Origin: Orbicella franksi
Taxonomy: Eukaryota
Direction: 5' to 3'
Assembly (NCBI GenBank): GCA_964199315.1
Contig: OZ116699.1
Span: forward strand, 26,908,001-26,972,000
DNA length: 64,000 bases
Positions 49,427-61,157 of the stretch are shown piece after piece; the stretch's first letter is position 1; each line of letters starts with the position of its first letter. The notes below the pieces were generated by a model. It saw nothing but the letters and a program-made list of their open reading frames with translations, had not been told where the DNA came from and ran no database searches. Both the position numbers and the translations under genes were made by a program.

Positions 49427-51143
49427 GCAATTACCTTTTTATGTCTTTGACATATCTGTTATAAACTACGAATCAAAGCCTTTCGGGAATTTAAACTCCC
49501 TTGTTCTTTTGTCAAAGTTTCATTTTCTCACCTATGTTATTTTTATATTGCAAAACATTCTCAATTAAGGGACCTCTGTAAATATTTACATTCAAGATAC
49601 AATAAACCTTAAATAAAATTATCAGATATTTAGCTCTAAAAATAATGACTAAAAACTCTAATTATAACTCCAGGCTCGAATAACCTGCAAAAGTCAAATA
49701 AAAGCCGGATTCATGAAGCTAAGTTTGAAATAAGCGCCGAGGGCGTTTAATCGAGAAAATACGGTTTAATACTGACCTTCCGTTTGGAAAGTTTTCACTC
49801 GTACCGTTATTAATGTTCCCAACCTCGTAAGCAATGGCTAAAAAACCAGGACAAGACACTTTTTAACATTTTTGACTTATTCCCGTAGTCAAATAAGAAA
49901 TCAGCCTGTGAGATGTTAGGTCAAAAAGCTGATGTTCCGTAATGATTATTGTGGACAATTATGGACAAATAACAACAACTAAACAATATTCTTCTGCTTT
50001 TCTCCAAAATACGGAAACTGACGCCACAAAATCTCTTACAGTGGCACCAAAGAGTACCATTAGTCATTATCTACAATACTATGCCTTGAAGCTACTAGAT
50101 TTTATAATTTAAGAAGATGATAAACTAATTTTAAAACAACATTGTCGCTAATTTGATGCGCAGGTTTTGGTTGACATAATGCACTTGGCAGTCGAATAAT
50201 CTTTGTGAAATGAACGTTGTCACGCCCTTCGGTCCGTCACTATTACTGCTGATAATAATAGCCTTTGATTAGTACAAACAAATAGAACTTAAGTATTACA
50301 AACGCGTAGGTATAGGCGAGGCTATAATTCTTATTCAGTCTCGATGCCAGATGGAACCGTAGGATTCTTGCTATGTCTCGTTGCAATTGGAGTAGATTAT
50401 AAAGAAAGGACAATTGAGACGTTTTGATTAAAAAAATTATGAAGTTTGGTCGAATACAAAAGACAGCTATTCCTAGTTTTGGTCTGGAAGTAAATAATAT
50501 TTTATTTTTCTACTCATTGTCTCTTAGCTGTTAGAATAATCTGTACTTGGAACGTTATTGTCTTTGATTTTGCTTTAAAGATATCAGGCTTGAATAATTA
50601 TATTACAACAATAGTTATTCTGACAAAAATTTCAATATAACGAAAGTTGCGCTTTTTTGTATAGTTTCTATGTGAATATCTTTATACTGAATCTTGTATG
50701 TTGAATTAAATGAGGAATAGTGGAACCCTTCATTACTTTGTGAATTTTCTATGTCAACCTTTTTCACAACCGGAATGTCACATCAAAAGTACACAGCCTG
50801 TGTTACTGATGTTTATTTGGCTTAACTTTAAGCAAACTTGCATCTGACCATTATCCTAAAATATAAAATATTACATTTGAGGTCTGAATACGATATCAAC
50901 ATGAAATGTAAAGTAGACGAAATTTATAACAAGGTACTTTCATTTCCTGAAGTTCTGTGGCATTATAGGTTAATCGCGCACCGTTTGACGACAATTCACT
51001 AAATTACCTTACCTAGGAGATATAAGGATTAATTCTCGTTTAGCAAAGTAATTCAAGTTTAGCTAAAAATTATTATATTGAGGTATATTAAAAAAAATTG
51101 ACCCACACCTTATCATAAAATGCCATGTACCAAAAAGCTGGTA

Positions 51144-51460
51144 AATTAATGGAAACCTTACGAGAATTTATCCCCAGTTGAAAGATAATTGAATCCCCAA
51201 CCACTATTTCTCCTTATACTTATATACCCTTGCCAAAGAAACTTTGCAAATTCGTGTCAAGTGCTGGACGATGAGCTTATAATGCGGCATAACTTCAGGA
51301 AATGAAGATTTTGCCTTTTTGTAAGTCTCTTCTTATGACCCACTCCTTGTAATAAATAGTGGTGATATAAATAAGACATCCTAAATTAATGGAAACTTCT
51401 CAACAATTTATCCCCAATAGAAACATGACTTAATTCCCAACTATCACTTCGCTTCATTCA
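51144..51460. repeat. Diverged direct repeat (about 75 bp, about 240 bp apart)
   Basis: TAAATTAATGGAAAC...AATTTATCCCCA...CCCAAC at about 51144 and about 51383. Confidence 0.6.
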
Positions 51461-52314
51461 ATTATCGAACTCAAAAAACCTATTGTAAAAAGGACCTTAT
51501 GTAATAATCAAGTCAGAAAAACACTTAAAAACATATTCAAATTTGTCGACAAAGTTGTTATCAAATCTTTCATCTCCTTCTTGTGCATTATTCAATTTCT
51601 TTAATTTCTGCATCTCTCTGCATGTCGGGATTATGACTGAATTCGGTCACAAAAACAAAAAAAGGCAAGGACAAGGTTGTCGCTCCCAAATAAAAAAAGC
51701 TCCGCGATTTCAGTCGCTACATCCATTATCCCTAACAAGGCAACCTAACAACGTAACACCGATTTACGAAATTGAATCGTCCATTATTTATGAGTACATT
51801 TTTCTGAATTTTTCATAACAATTGAAATAGAGTTGATTTACATCACAAGGAGACTGAAGCTTAACGAAAAAAAAAGAAAACCACTCGCGCAGAACTCGAA
51901 GTTTATTCTTCTCGAGAAAAGATATGTCGTTTCTTTCTTTTCCGCTTACAAATGTGGACAAAAATGTCAAATAACATTTGAATGCAGGATTGACGTTGAA
52001 GGTGTGTCATTTGCCCGGAGGCAGGAAATGAAAATAGAGTGTACCGGAAAATCAAACATGAAGCAAAAACCTATCGGCTCGAAGCTCGACATTTAACTTG
52101 TAAATGTGTTGAGATTTCTATCACTTATTTCCTCACCCACGTCAACAAAAAGATTAACATTTGTTTAGCATTTCTATAGATCTTATTAGATTTCAGTCAA
52201 GATCGGACATCCAGTGTTCAATATCACTGACACTGAAGACGGGAATAAACAACACGAGCAAGTTAAACAGCTTCATCAAGACGACCATTTCTTGAGTATT
52301 TCCGAAGGCTCGAA

Positions 52315-53229
52315 ATGCGTGATGTCTCCTGGAGTTTGGTTATTTTAAGCTGTACATCGGTGTTCATAGTAGCTGCCAACGCTATTGTCTGTGTGTTTGT
52401 TTTGACGAACGTTCGTCTTCGCACTTACACCAATGGATTCCTTGTGTCGCTGGCCGTGTCTGACATTCTCACCGGTGGCCTCTTTTTTCCTGTTCACCTC
52501 AGTGGACCAGATTCTGTCGTGGCCTCCTCAGAGGGCTACTTGGTTGCATTCGTACTGCTGTCTGGAGTTGGCAACATATGTTTGGTCTCATGGGATCGCT
52601 ACATCGCTGTCGCCAAACCGTTTGACTACAAGAAAGTAGTGAAGTGCCACTTTACAAAGCTGATAATAGTAACTTGGGTAACTGCCTTAGTGATTTCTTT
52701 GTTACCCTTAACATGGCAAACAGACTCGAATGTTGTAATTCATAAGGTGTATTTGTTTTGCCTAATGGGGTTCTTCGTTGTTATCCCTTATGCTGGCGTA
52801 TTTTGTGCCTACTATCAGATCGGTCAGCACCTCAAAAAACATCGCCGCAAATTTCGGAATCACTCCACCGCGTCTCTGTCGTCAAGAAAGATGAAATCAG
52901 AGGCTAAAGTCGTCAAGGTGTTCCTCGCTATAGTAATAATATTTGTGCTATCATGGTTGCCAATTATTTATATGACAACAGTTGCAAGCGTAAACAGGCC
53001 AGACCTAGTTCCGGTCGCTCTTCAGGAAGTGTCCCTTTTGACGGTGGCTCTATCCTCCTTGGCAAATCCCTTGCTGTATGCATTTATGAAGGAGGACTTT
53101 CGGCGAGAATTCAAGAAGGTGTCATCGCGACATAGGCGATCTCCTGTCTCAGCAAACGCCATCGAAATGAAAACCTCAACGGTAGCATGCACCGCTGAAA
53201 CGTCACGTCAATATCTACAATTTACCTAA
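52315..53229 (+). CDS. Class A orphan GPCR 6, 304 aa
   Basis: 7TM; LAVSD, DRY, SEAKVV, SWLP, NPLLY, KEDF. Confidence 0.95.
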   Translation: MRDVSWSLVILSCTSVFIVAANAIVCVFVLTNVRLRTYTNGFLVSLAVSDILTGGLFFPVHLSGPDSVVASSEGYLVAFVLLSGVGNICLVSWDRYIAVAKPFDYKKVVKCHFTKLIIVTWVTALVISLLPLTWQTDSNVVIHKVYLFCLMGFFVVIPYAGVFCAYYQIGQHLKKHRRKFRNHSTASLSSRKMKSEAKVVKVFLAIVIIFVLSWLPIIYMTTVASVNRPDLVPVALQEVSLLTVALSSLANPLLYAFMKEDFRREFKKVSSRHRRSPVSANAIEMKTSTVACTAETSRQYLQFT

Positions 53230-53402
53230 AATATTGGTTCTCATAGACCTGTATCCTCAATAACGGACAATGTAAAATGTAAAAGATTTGTCTAACACTG
53301 GTGCATGACAGTGCCAAGGGACAGAATGTGTTTGAGCGGGAAGTAATTTGGTAGAGCAGAGGTCGTTCATTAACCTTAACTTTTTTGTCTGATCTGCTCT
53401 TG

Positions 53403-53910
53403 ACAGAAATGCTGTGTGAAGAGACGAAGTTCTTCGATGTAAGTTCTAGCAAGGGAAGATTGGTGTACACCCACCTACTCAATTGGAGGGCCTGTTTTCT
53501 GGTTAGCATCTCGAACTGAAATTTAATGGAACCTGAACGTTATTCGAACGCTTTCTATAACCACTAACCTACTTGAAAAAAAGTAGCTACTGCCCTTTCA
53601 AGCCAAGCCCAACAATGTTCTAAAGCTAGACAACAAGCTGGAAGATTTGGCCAAATGGAAAACGATTTCAGCTTTCGCAACGCTAACTTGCGATATAACC
53701 TTTATTTCTGAGCTGGCAGAAATGCTGTGTGGAGAAAATGAAGTCATTCACCTGCTTAGTGCTTCACGAAGGATGTAACTGAAGTCAGGGTAGATTAGTC
53801 TATACTTACTCAGCCACACCATCGGAGAGTCTGTTTGCTGGATAACGTCAGTAACACCTACATTTTAATGGAACCGAGCATTGTTCGAATGTTTCCTATA
53901 ACACACCTAC
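53403..53910. repeat. Old tandem duplication downstream of GPCR 6 (period about 310 bp)
   Basis: CAGAAATGCTGTGTG...TTTAATGGAACC...TTCGAA...CTATAAC recurs at about 53405 and about 53717. Confidence 0.6.
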
Positions 53911-54009
53911 GAACTTTATCAACAAGTTACAGACCCAGCAACAGACCTGAAATTTTAGCTGTCTCGCTACAGCGCCCTTAACCCTACGCCCGCTAATAGA
54001 AGGATTCGG

Positions 54010-54197
54010 CTAACATGGTTACATCCTTGTTGCCACCCAATTCAGATCACGTAATGATTCATTTAAGAGGTTACAATTGTGCAATTTGCCACACCCATCT
54101 GCTTGCATGGGAGTATGTACAAACAGAACGATTGTAACCTCCCAAATGAATCATCACATGATCTGAATTGAGTGCAACAAGGATGTAAACAAGTTAG
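54010..54197. mobile_element. MITE with long imperfect TIRs (about 68 bp)
   Basis: Left arm CTAACATGGTTACATCCTTGTTGC...GAGGTTACAAT matches the reverse complement of the right arm. Confidence 0.7.
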
Positions 54198-54818
54198 TAG
54201 AAACTGTCTATGATTTCAAACCAAAAATCAACCTTAAAGCTTTGTTGGTAGGATCGAAATTCCTGCACCTAACTTGCGTCTCTTCCTCTACAGCAATTAA
54301 AAGTGATACCTGATAATTTTTCAGTCGAGAAGAATAGACACTTAACAGCACAAAATTTCTCCACTGGAGTAAGTTTTTCATAGAACTACATCACTTACCC
54401 ACAAGTTTGCGAAGAGGGCATGAAGACTTCCGAAGATGATTCTAGGAGTTCCAAAGATTTTCGAACATATCGGAACGATCGACAGCAATTATTTCCGATG
54501 GTCTCACATTCAGCCTCTTTTCTTTGATCACATTAAGAACATACAAACAAGTTGTTTCCAGATTTCCCCATGTAACTGAGTCAAGTATGATTTCATTGTT
54601 TAAAGAATTTGTTACCTCGCTTCCTCCTTATGGCCGAAGCTAACGAAATCGCGTGACACTAATTGTAATTCTAGTCGGTCCATTTGTGTGGCTACCTATG
54701 CAAATGCAGGAGAACGAGACGGGTTCTATATTTCCTCCTTCGGGCTCAAAACTCCAAACTGGAAAACGCCAGAGAACAGGCGATTAGTGACAAATTTATC
54801 AAACTGTAGTTTATTTGC

Positions 54819-55430
54819 TTAACGCCGCCGAATTAAAAACCATTCATTGATGGATTTATCTTCAGGATGTGAAAGACTTGTCAACACCTCAAACCCATGG
54901 TTAGTAATTTCTTGTAGTATTGCTCTAGTTGACGAGTCGGCCTGCTCTTTATCAAAGGAAAATACGAGGGGACTAGAAATAAAGTCGTGTCCTTGAAAAA
55001 TCTCCTGTAAAATGTGTTTCTCGCCGAACACTGTCAAAAGCGTTTCCAATCCATGCTTGTCCCTGTCCAGAGTTAAGCGAATCACTTGATTTCTCACCAC
55101 GTTTCTTTTTAATTTGATTTTCTTCAGGGCGTCGATGAGTCGAGGAATTTGATAGAAATCAGCCTCTTCGGTGAGTTGATCGAATTCTTGGAAATTGTCC
55201 GGTAAATTTAACTTGGACGAGCGCAGGAAATTTAAGACATATCGAAACATAGGTCCGTCACGATCGATGAAAAAATTTCCTCGGGTGTCTTTCGCCACCG
55301 ACCGTCGTCCGCTAAACATGACTCCCAACATTGAGTCTGGAAACCTTGTAAGGCTGGCCAATGATGTGGTGTAAACATTACCACCGACGTTTATGTCGAT
55401 TATGGATGGGAAATCTTGAACTTTATCCAT
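54819..55430 (-). CDS. KCTD-family protein (T1-type BTB/POZ plus C-terminal domain), 203 aa
   Basis: INVGGNVYTT, SMLGVMFSG, FFIDRDG, FRYVLNFLR, EADFY; C-terminal ..GFEV..EWFLIRR motif. ATG at 55430 follows acceptor-like sites; donor CCT|GTAAGT at 55773 suggests a 5' UTR exon. Confidence 0.93.
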   Translation of the reverse strand: MDKVQDFPSIIDINVGGNVYTTSLASLTRFPDSMLGVMFSGRRSVAKDTRGNFFIDRDGPMFRYVLNFLRSSKLNLPDNFQEFDQLTEEADFYQIPRLIDALKKIKLKRNVVRNQVIRLTLDRDKHGLETLLTVFGEKHILQEIFQGHDFISSPLVFSFDKEQADSSTRAILQEITNHGFEVLTSLSHPEDKSINEWFLIRRR

Positions 55431-55810
55431 TCTTCTTACGCTGCCAACTTGCAAAATAGAGGATCCAACATTAATCTTCGTTTGACAAGGGTAATTTTAT
55501 ACAAGGTCAAATAATCTTAACATGAACGTACTCTGGAACACTGACACACGAATTCAATTTCATTAATTAAGCAGTTTGTAAATATTACCATTCTGTTGAA
55601 TGTGCCCGTAACTACGAAGTTAGCTTGGAATGTATAAAATATATATCTCCGATTAAACTTTATCATTACATACTGAGATTTCACGCAGGTTCAGTGAGTG
55701 GACTTGAAGCCTTCATTGTCAATGGCAAAGGAAAGTAAAAGAAGCAATAAAATCACCCAAGGCATGTACTTACAGGTTGTAAGCAAGGAATGAACTATCC
55801 TTTTTTAAAC

Positions 55811-55822
55811 AAATATGGCGGC
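55811..55822. promoter_or_regulatory. YY1-like motif at the probable KCTD transcription start region
   Basis: AAATATGGCGGC (GCCGCCATATTT on the gene strand) about 40 nt upstream of the putative UTR-exon donor. Confidence 0.4.
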
Positions 55823-57044
55823 GAAGCTCTGTAACAATCTCTTCATGAGAAACTGTCATGAAAACGAACTTGTTTTATGATTTGTCACGCCAGTTCTCAG
55901 TCACGCTAACCTGACTTTGCATCGCATTAGAGACGCTACAATGCCTTATAGCTCAGTTGGAATTCTATATTTTTTTGCTACTTGGAGAGACGCAAGTCCA
56001 TTTCTGAAATGCAGACAGGGTAGATAATGCAGCAGTACACATGATGCGATGGCTTTAAAGAGTACAATTTACTGAGAACTATACTCTCGAAAAAAAAATT
56101 ACGTCCCATTGATTCACCCATGTACCAGTTAATCATTGGCGTATGACGTGCTATGGCCACTGGTTGTTGATCTTTCTTCTGTTAGCTTGCCTTATCGCGG
56201 GTTAGCCTCAAAGAGAAGTTGGAAACGTTTTGATGGGCTCAGGAATCAGCTGATTTTTACAGCATGCTCTTAAAATTGTACAGCCCAGTTCGAAAGTGGG
56301 GAATTCAGGGAGAAAATAAGGGCGGGTGTGAGTGAAGCATTGAGTTTAACGTCAAATCAATCAAATTTTAAAACTGTAGGGTCACGAAACTCCTCCCTAA
56401 ATGATAACCAATATGAAAGCCTTTATATATCAACACCCCTAAACCTTCCGGCCCTCCCCCATCACCTGTCTTGAAAGACTCTCATTCGGACACGACTTTG
56501 GGCGAGTTAGGGAGAATGATTCCAAGACAACATCGGAGTAAATCACGACTAGCATCAATCAAACCATAGCACTGTTCGGAAAGAGTAAAAGGTCAGAGAA
56601 ACCTGGCCTTACTAACCTGTACCGAGGGAAAGAGAATTTACCTCAACAACGCATCTACATTTAACTCAAGACATATTTATACCCATGTTGTATTCTATTC
56701 ACCGTTAATGTTTACATTCTGAAATTGGATCATTCTTCTAAAAGTTTTGTTATTGATCAAAATGTGATATCATATAATGATGTAATACAGAATGAGCAAT
56801 ATCGGCAGAACAACAGCCGCTCCCCCCAAAAAAGTATAATACCATTTCATTTGTTAATTAAAATCAAGTATATTACTAATCAGTCACACTTTATCGCCTA
56901 AATGTAGATAAACAGATATTTTACCGAAATGCCTTCCGCAGCAATGTTCAGTCAAATTAAAAAAAAAAAAAGTTTAACACAGTTGCCTCTCTGTTTCAAT
57001 TCCGTACCGTTGTTAGACCACCTGTTACTTTTGCTAGCTGATTA

Positions 57045-57686
57045 TTATTTTCTAACGAAGACCCATACTTGACTTGCGTTACCGTCCAAAAAGAAATTTG
57101 ACATCTTCACTTCAAAACCCTCATCGACGACATGTTGTAGAAAAGCATCTAGCTGTTCCAGTTTGATTGGGATTTGAGCTTGCCCTCCTTCGACAATTCC
57201 CTCTCTTGTCTTGACGTTATAAGTAGAACCGCTTGAAATAGTACCACCCAACATGCGAGCATTTGGAACAAGCTGCTTGAGCATCGCCAATCCACCGGCC
57301 AAGACCAGCTTTGTCTTCGAGCTATAGAAGAGCCGTAAAATCTCTGGGCCAGATCTGGGGGTCTGTTGACTTTTTCGTGCCTTCTGGACTGCTTCTTCCA
57401 AAGGTTTAATCCCATAGAACGTTGCCTCGATCTCAAGTTGTTCAAAATCCTGGAAGTCTTCCGGAAAGGTCAACTTTCTCGTGCGTAGGAAATTGAGGAC
57501 GTGTTTGAATAGTGCACCGTCCCTATCAATGAAGTAGTTTCCTTTCGGATCTCTGGGTACTTGGCTAATGTCTCCGCTAAAAAGTCCCGCTAGTTTCGAG
57601 TCGGAATATTGAGTGACGGTGTACAGAGTGGTGGTGTATACATGGCCACCGACGTTAAGACTCACCACTTTTGGAGGTCCCGCCAT
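57045..57686 (-). CDS. KCTD-family protein, tandem paralog, 213 aa
   Basis: LNVGGHVYTT, YFIDRDG, FKHVLNFLR, EATFY; C-terminal ..EGFEV..QVWVFVRK motif; ATG (agtATGG) at 57686. Confidence 0.93.
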   Translation of the reverse strand: MAGPPKVVSLNVGGHVYTTTLYTVTQYSDSKLAGLFSGDISQVPRDPKGNYFIDRDGALFKHVLNFLRTRKLTFPEDFQDFEQLEIEATFYGIKPLEEAVQKARKSQQTPRSGPEILRLFYSSKTKLVLAGGLAMLKQLVPNARMLGGTISSGSTYNVKTREGIVEGGQAQIPIKLEQLDAFLQHVVDEGFEVKMSNFFLDGNASQVWVFVRK

Positions 57687-59040
57687 ACTAGAAGTTGTCT
57701 CGACCAGTCGTGTTTGTGGAGCAACTGATGAAAACGTGCATTGCAAGTGAAGTGATTGACTGGTACTACAAGGTCGTTGAGTCACCACAATATCATTGTT
57801 TACATTTCTTCCATGTCACGACATTCACATGAGAGCCTTGCACGTGGTTGGGTCACTAACACGAACCAAACCTGTTTTAAAATCTGGTTGGGCTATCTGA
57901 AGTTCTATTTAAGTATTCTCACAAAAAAAAAAGGAGAAAAATATATTTTGATCATTTTTAAAGTTCAACGAAGTCGTCGTTGTCAGTATTCAGTGCATGT
58001 TTTGAGTTGAGGTGATACTGTGTGGACAACGCCTCAATTCAAGAAATCACTTCATGTCATAATTGCTTAAGTGCAGTTGTAACTGACGTATTATTTTTCA
58101 GTGGTTAGCAGCAACAGAAACGAAGGGCAAAATATTTAAAAGAGTAGGCGTTAAACTACTCTGTAACACAGGATAAAAGTATTTCTCATTTTAAGGAAGT
58201 TAAATTCTTTTGGGGGAAATACACAATAAATGCTGTGTTGAACCTTTTTACCTGTATGCCAATATCTATATAGTCATTTTACAGATCCAGTTTATAGTTT
58301 GTTATGAAGGAAAATTCCTGGCTAGTCAGCTTGAAATGGGAGATATAGCCCACAAGCAAGGCTCAGAACATGAACACCAGAACTGCAATAAATCAGCACA
58401 TTACAGTACAATGGAGAGGTGCTACAGTAGATAGTAAAAGTTGCCAGGTAAATTGAGTTCTTTGCTGTTCTAGCTTTAGTGGTATGGGATGGAGAACTTA
58501 TTACGCTTTTAGTTTGGGACTTTACGAGTTAGCCCAGTGTTCTGTATAGATAAGAAGGACCACAAGATTATTGTATCTTGTATAGATAATAATCGTGATC
58601 GCGGGAAGGTTTTTGTGCCCTCGAGATACAACAGTGCTCCAACTACAATCCTTTTGGAAAATTATAATGAGAAAGTATACGAATGATAAAAAAAAAAAAC
58701 CCTGAAGAAGAACTGTTTTAGTCAAAGAGGGGACTTTATCTCATAACAATCCTAAAATAGTTCATGGTCACACAAACCTCTCTCAAAGGACAATATATTA
58801 ATGGTTAATTACCATTTTCACGCTACTGTTTGCAAACAAATTCAATTCACATAATTCTTTTCTTCACGAGAAGTGCAAGAATTCATTTAAACGTGTCTTC
58901 TCTGATGAATAGCATTTGGTGTCAGGCTCAAACTGAAGAAGACTTCGCTGGAAACAACTTGATTCGGACTATGAGGTTCTGACTCTGAAAATTAAAATCA
59001 CAGTAATTCCGCTTGCCTTTATCATACACACAAGGTAACA

Positions 59041-59748
59041 TCAAATTTTTGGTAGACGAATCTCAATGTATTTTTTAAACGTTAGTTTCTGATCTGAAAT
59101 AAAAGAATTTCGTTTATGTTTGCTGCTGCCAGCTTCCCTTCGCATATACCTAAGCGTATCAAGAGAAATTGGTGGAAGTTCGAGAATGCTTCTGTCCTGA
59201 TGACTTTGTTCGTGTTCAGACACATTTTCATCGAATGCAGTGCTGTTGTTCATCATAACTTGGACCAAAGCCGGCGCCACAAGTCTTTTTGGAGTGACTT
59301 CTAAGCCTGGGAACTCTACAGTCTGTTTTTCGACGATCGCATTTCTTTGCTCTGCCAGACAGCATTCGGCGCAAGGACCTATAACATCACAATATTCTCT
59401 TCCAAATAAACATTTAGAATAGCGATCGGCAAACTTCGAGGGCGCACGAAATTTAATTTGATTGGTGAGCAAACCACCACATGTAGCGCATTTGAGTTGC
59501 TGTGACAGGTTGGGTGACTTCTTGTTGTTCTTGTTGTTCCACGGTCCCATCTCACTCGACTTAAGCTTGTGTTTATGCCAATATTGAATGCCACCTGATA
59601 ATTTATCGGAGTAAGTTTGACAGCGGAATCTTTCCCTTGCGTTCACTTGAGACGAAATAGGCATCCATTCTTTGCCTTTCCCCGACGAAAGATGATCATC
59701 GACCAACTTCGGAAGTGTTGAACGTTGTAAACACCCCTTGTAAGGCAT
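59041..59748 (-). CDS. Uncharacterised protein, 235 aa, with a central Cys cluster
   Basis: Long ATG-initiated ORF in AT-rich DNA; CATC and CLFGREYCDVIGPCAECC; ends RLPKI. No family recognised. Confidence 0.65.
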   Translation of the reverse strand: MPYKGCLQRSTLPKLVDDHLSSGKGKEWMPISSQVNARERFRCQTYSDKLSGGIQYWHKHKLKSSEMGPWNNKNNKKSPNLSQQLKCATCGGLLTNQIKFRAPSKFADRYSKCLFGREYCDVIGPCAECCLAEQRNAIVEKQTVEFPGLEVTPKRLVAPALVQVMMNNSTAFDENVSEHEQSHQDRSILELPPISLDTLRYMRREAGSSKHKRNSFISDQKLTFKKYIEIRLPKI

Positions 59749-61157
59749 ATTTTCAGCTCGGTTTGGACGTTAGTAGCTCATTACTTCCCATTATTAGATT
59801 GTTTGACTTCATCAATTACGAAAGCGCTGAAGCCGCAACGTTTGACAGAGTTTAACAAAATGCGTTCACACGGGTCTGAAGACTAAGTTAGTCTAACCAA
59901 GAGTTCACCCACCGGGATAGCTTCTTCATCAAGCACGATATATGCCTTATCTTGTTTCTCGATGTTCTTGTTTACCATTTGCTGGAATGGCTCTCCTAAG
60001 TTACCGACTAATTAAAAATGCGTTTTCAATCCTCAATGCGATATTTGCAATTAATCCAATATGACAATTGACTAAAAGGTCACGCTTGACGAGAGAGCGG
60101 ATTACAATTCTTTGTTCGGTAAAACAATATTGATTTCCGGTAACAATAAGCCCCCTCACCTTTACCCACCATACTAAGCTAAAGGGCTGATTCCAACTTT
60201 CAATGATATTTTATTCTAAAGGATTATATAATTTCTTTTTAAAATTGCTCTAAATTATGTAGATATTTTTAAGCATTTTGCATTTCATGGCATTTCCGAC
60301 TTTTGTTCCTAACAAATTTACGTGTCTACTGAATGTAATAGTGGGGAAAGGGAAATTTGATTCTTTAAATGCCTTAAGGCATTTGTATCTCAGACGGATT
60401 GTTTCCAGTCGTATCATCAGCGTGGTGGCTTATTCGTTTTCTTGATGATCATTTTTCCAGTATATCAGTTTAAAGTATTCTAATGAGGAGAAAAAGGGAA
60501 TTTCATATCCCATGTACTACGAAATACCTCAGAAGTGGAATAAAAAAAATAATAATTGTGTCGTGATTCATGGACTGAGGGGGTTCCGCTCGGCAATGAC
60601 CGATTTGCTGTCTGGTTTTCGGGCGAGAAAATAAAACAAAACTTGGTTATAACTCCTAGTTTTAATAGCTAAAACAACAAACGAAAATTGGTCTACGCAA
60701 CAGATAGAAATGCGTCTGCATAGCGGCACGCATTCGTAGAAGAGAGTTCCAAGCACTTCTTAGACTTGTTTTTCTGTACGGCGTAACCCTGCTGTGTGAT
60801 GTTTTGATGCTGACTCCTCTTCAGTCAAGCGTGAGGTACTTCAGTAGCTATTTGCGTTTAAAGTCGAAGCATGCAGACACAAACGCATCCATTTGCCTCA
60901 CGCGATTAGGCGACTCGTTAAAGATTCAGGATATTACTGTCTGGGAGTGCGGCGTCAGAATGCTGACAACCTTGTGAAATCAAATCTCAAAAGAGTCATC
61001 AGGTCATCTCGTTGATTCTGAACAATTCTGATCGACTGAACAGCTACACTGAGTTACAAACGCGGCAGTTGCAAACTCTCGGCCGTCATGCGTTTTAAAA
61101 CACGATTGACTACGTATTCTTGAATGTTTCTTACGTTGCCTTCCATTGCTTTTTATT

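Noticed and set aside
9547-53229. GPCRs as opsins or biogenic-amine receptors
   Set aside because: No Lys at 7.43 and no Asp at 3.32 in any of the six.
55946-55962. TAGCTCAGTTGG tRNA A-box-like fragment
   Set aside because: No B box or cloverleaf follows.
57687-57788. 34-aa N-terminal extension of the second KCTD
   Set aside because: Non-ATG start in the track; ATG 57686 places the BTB at the N-terminus as in its paralog.
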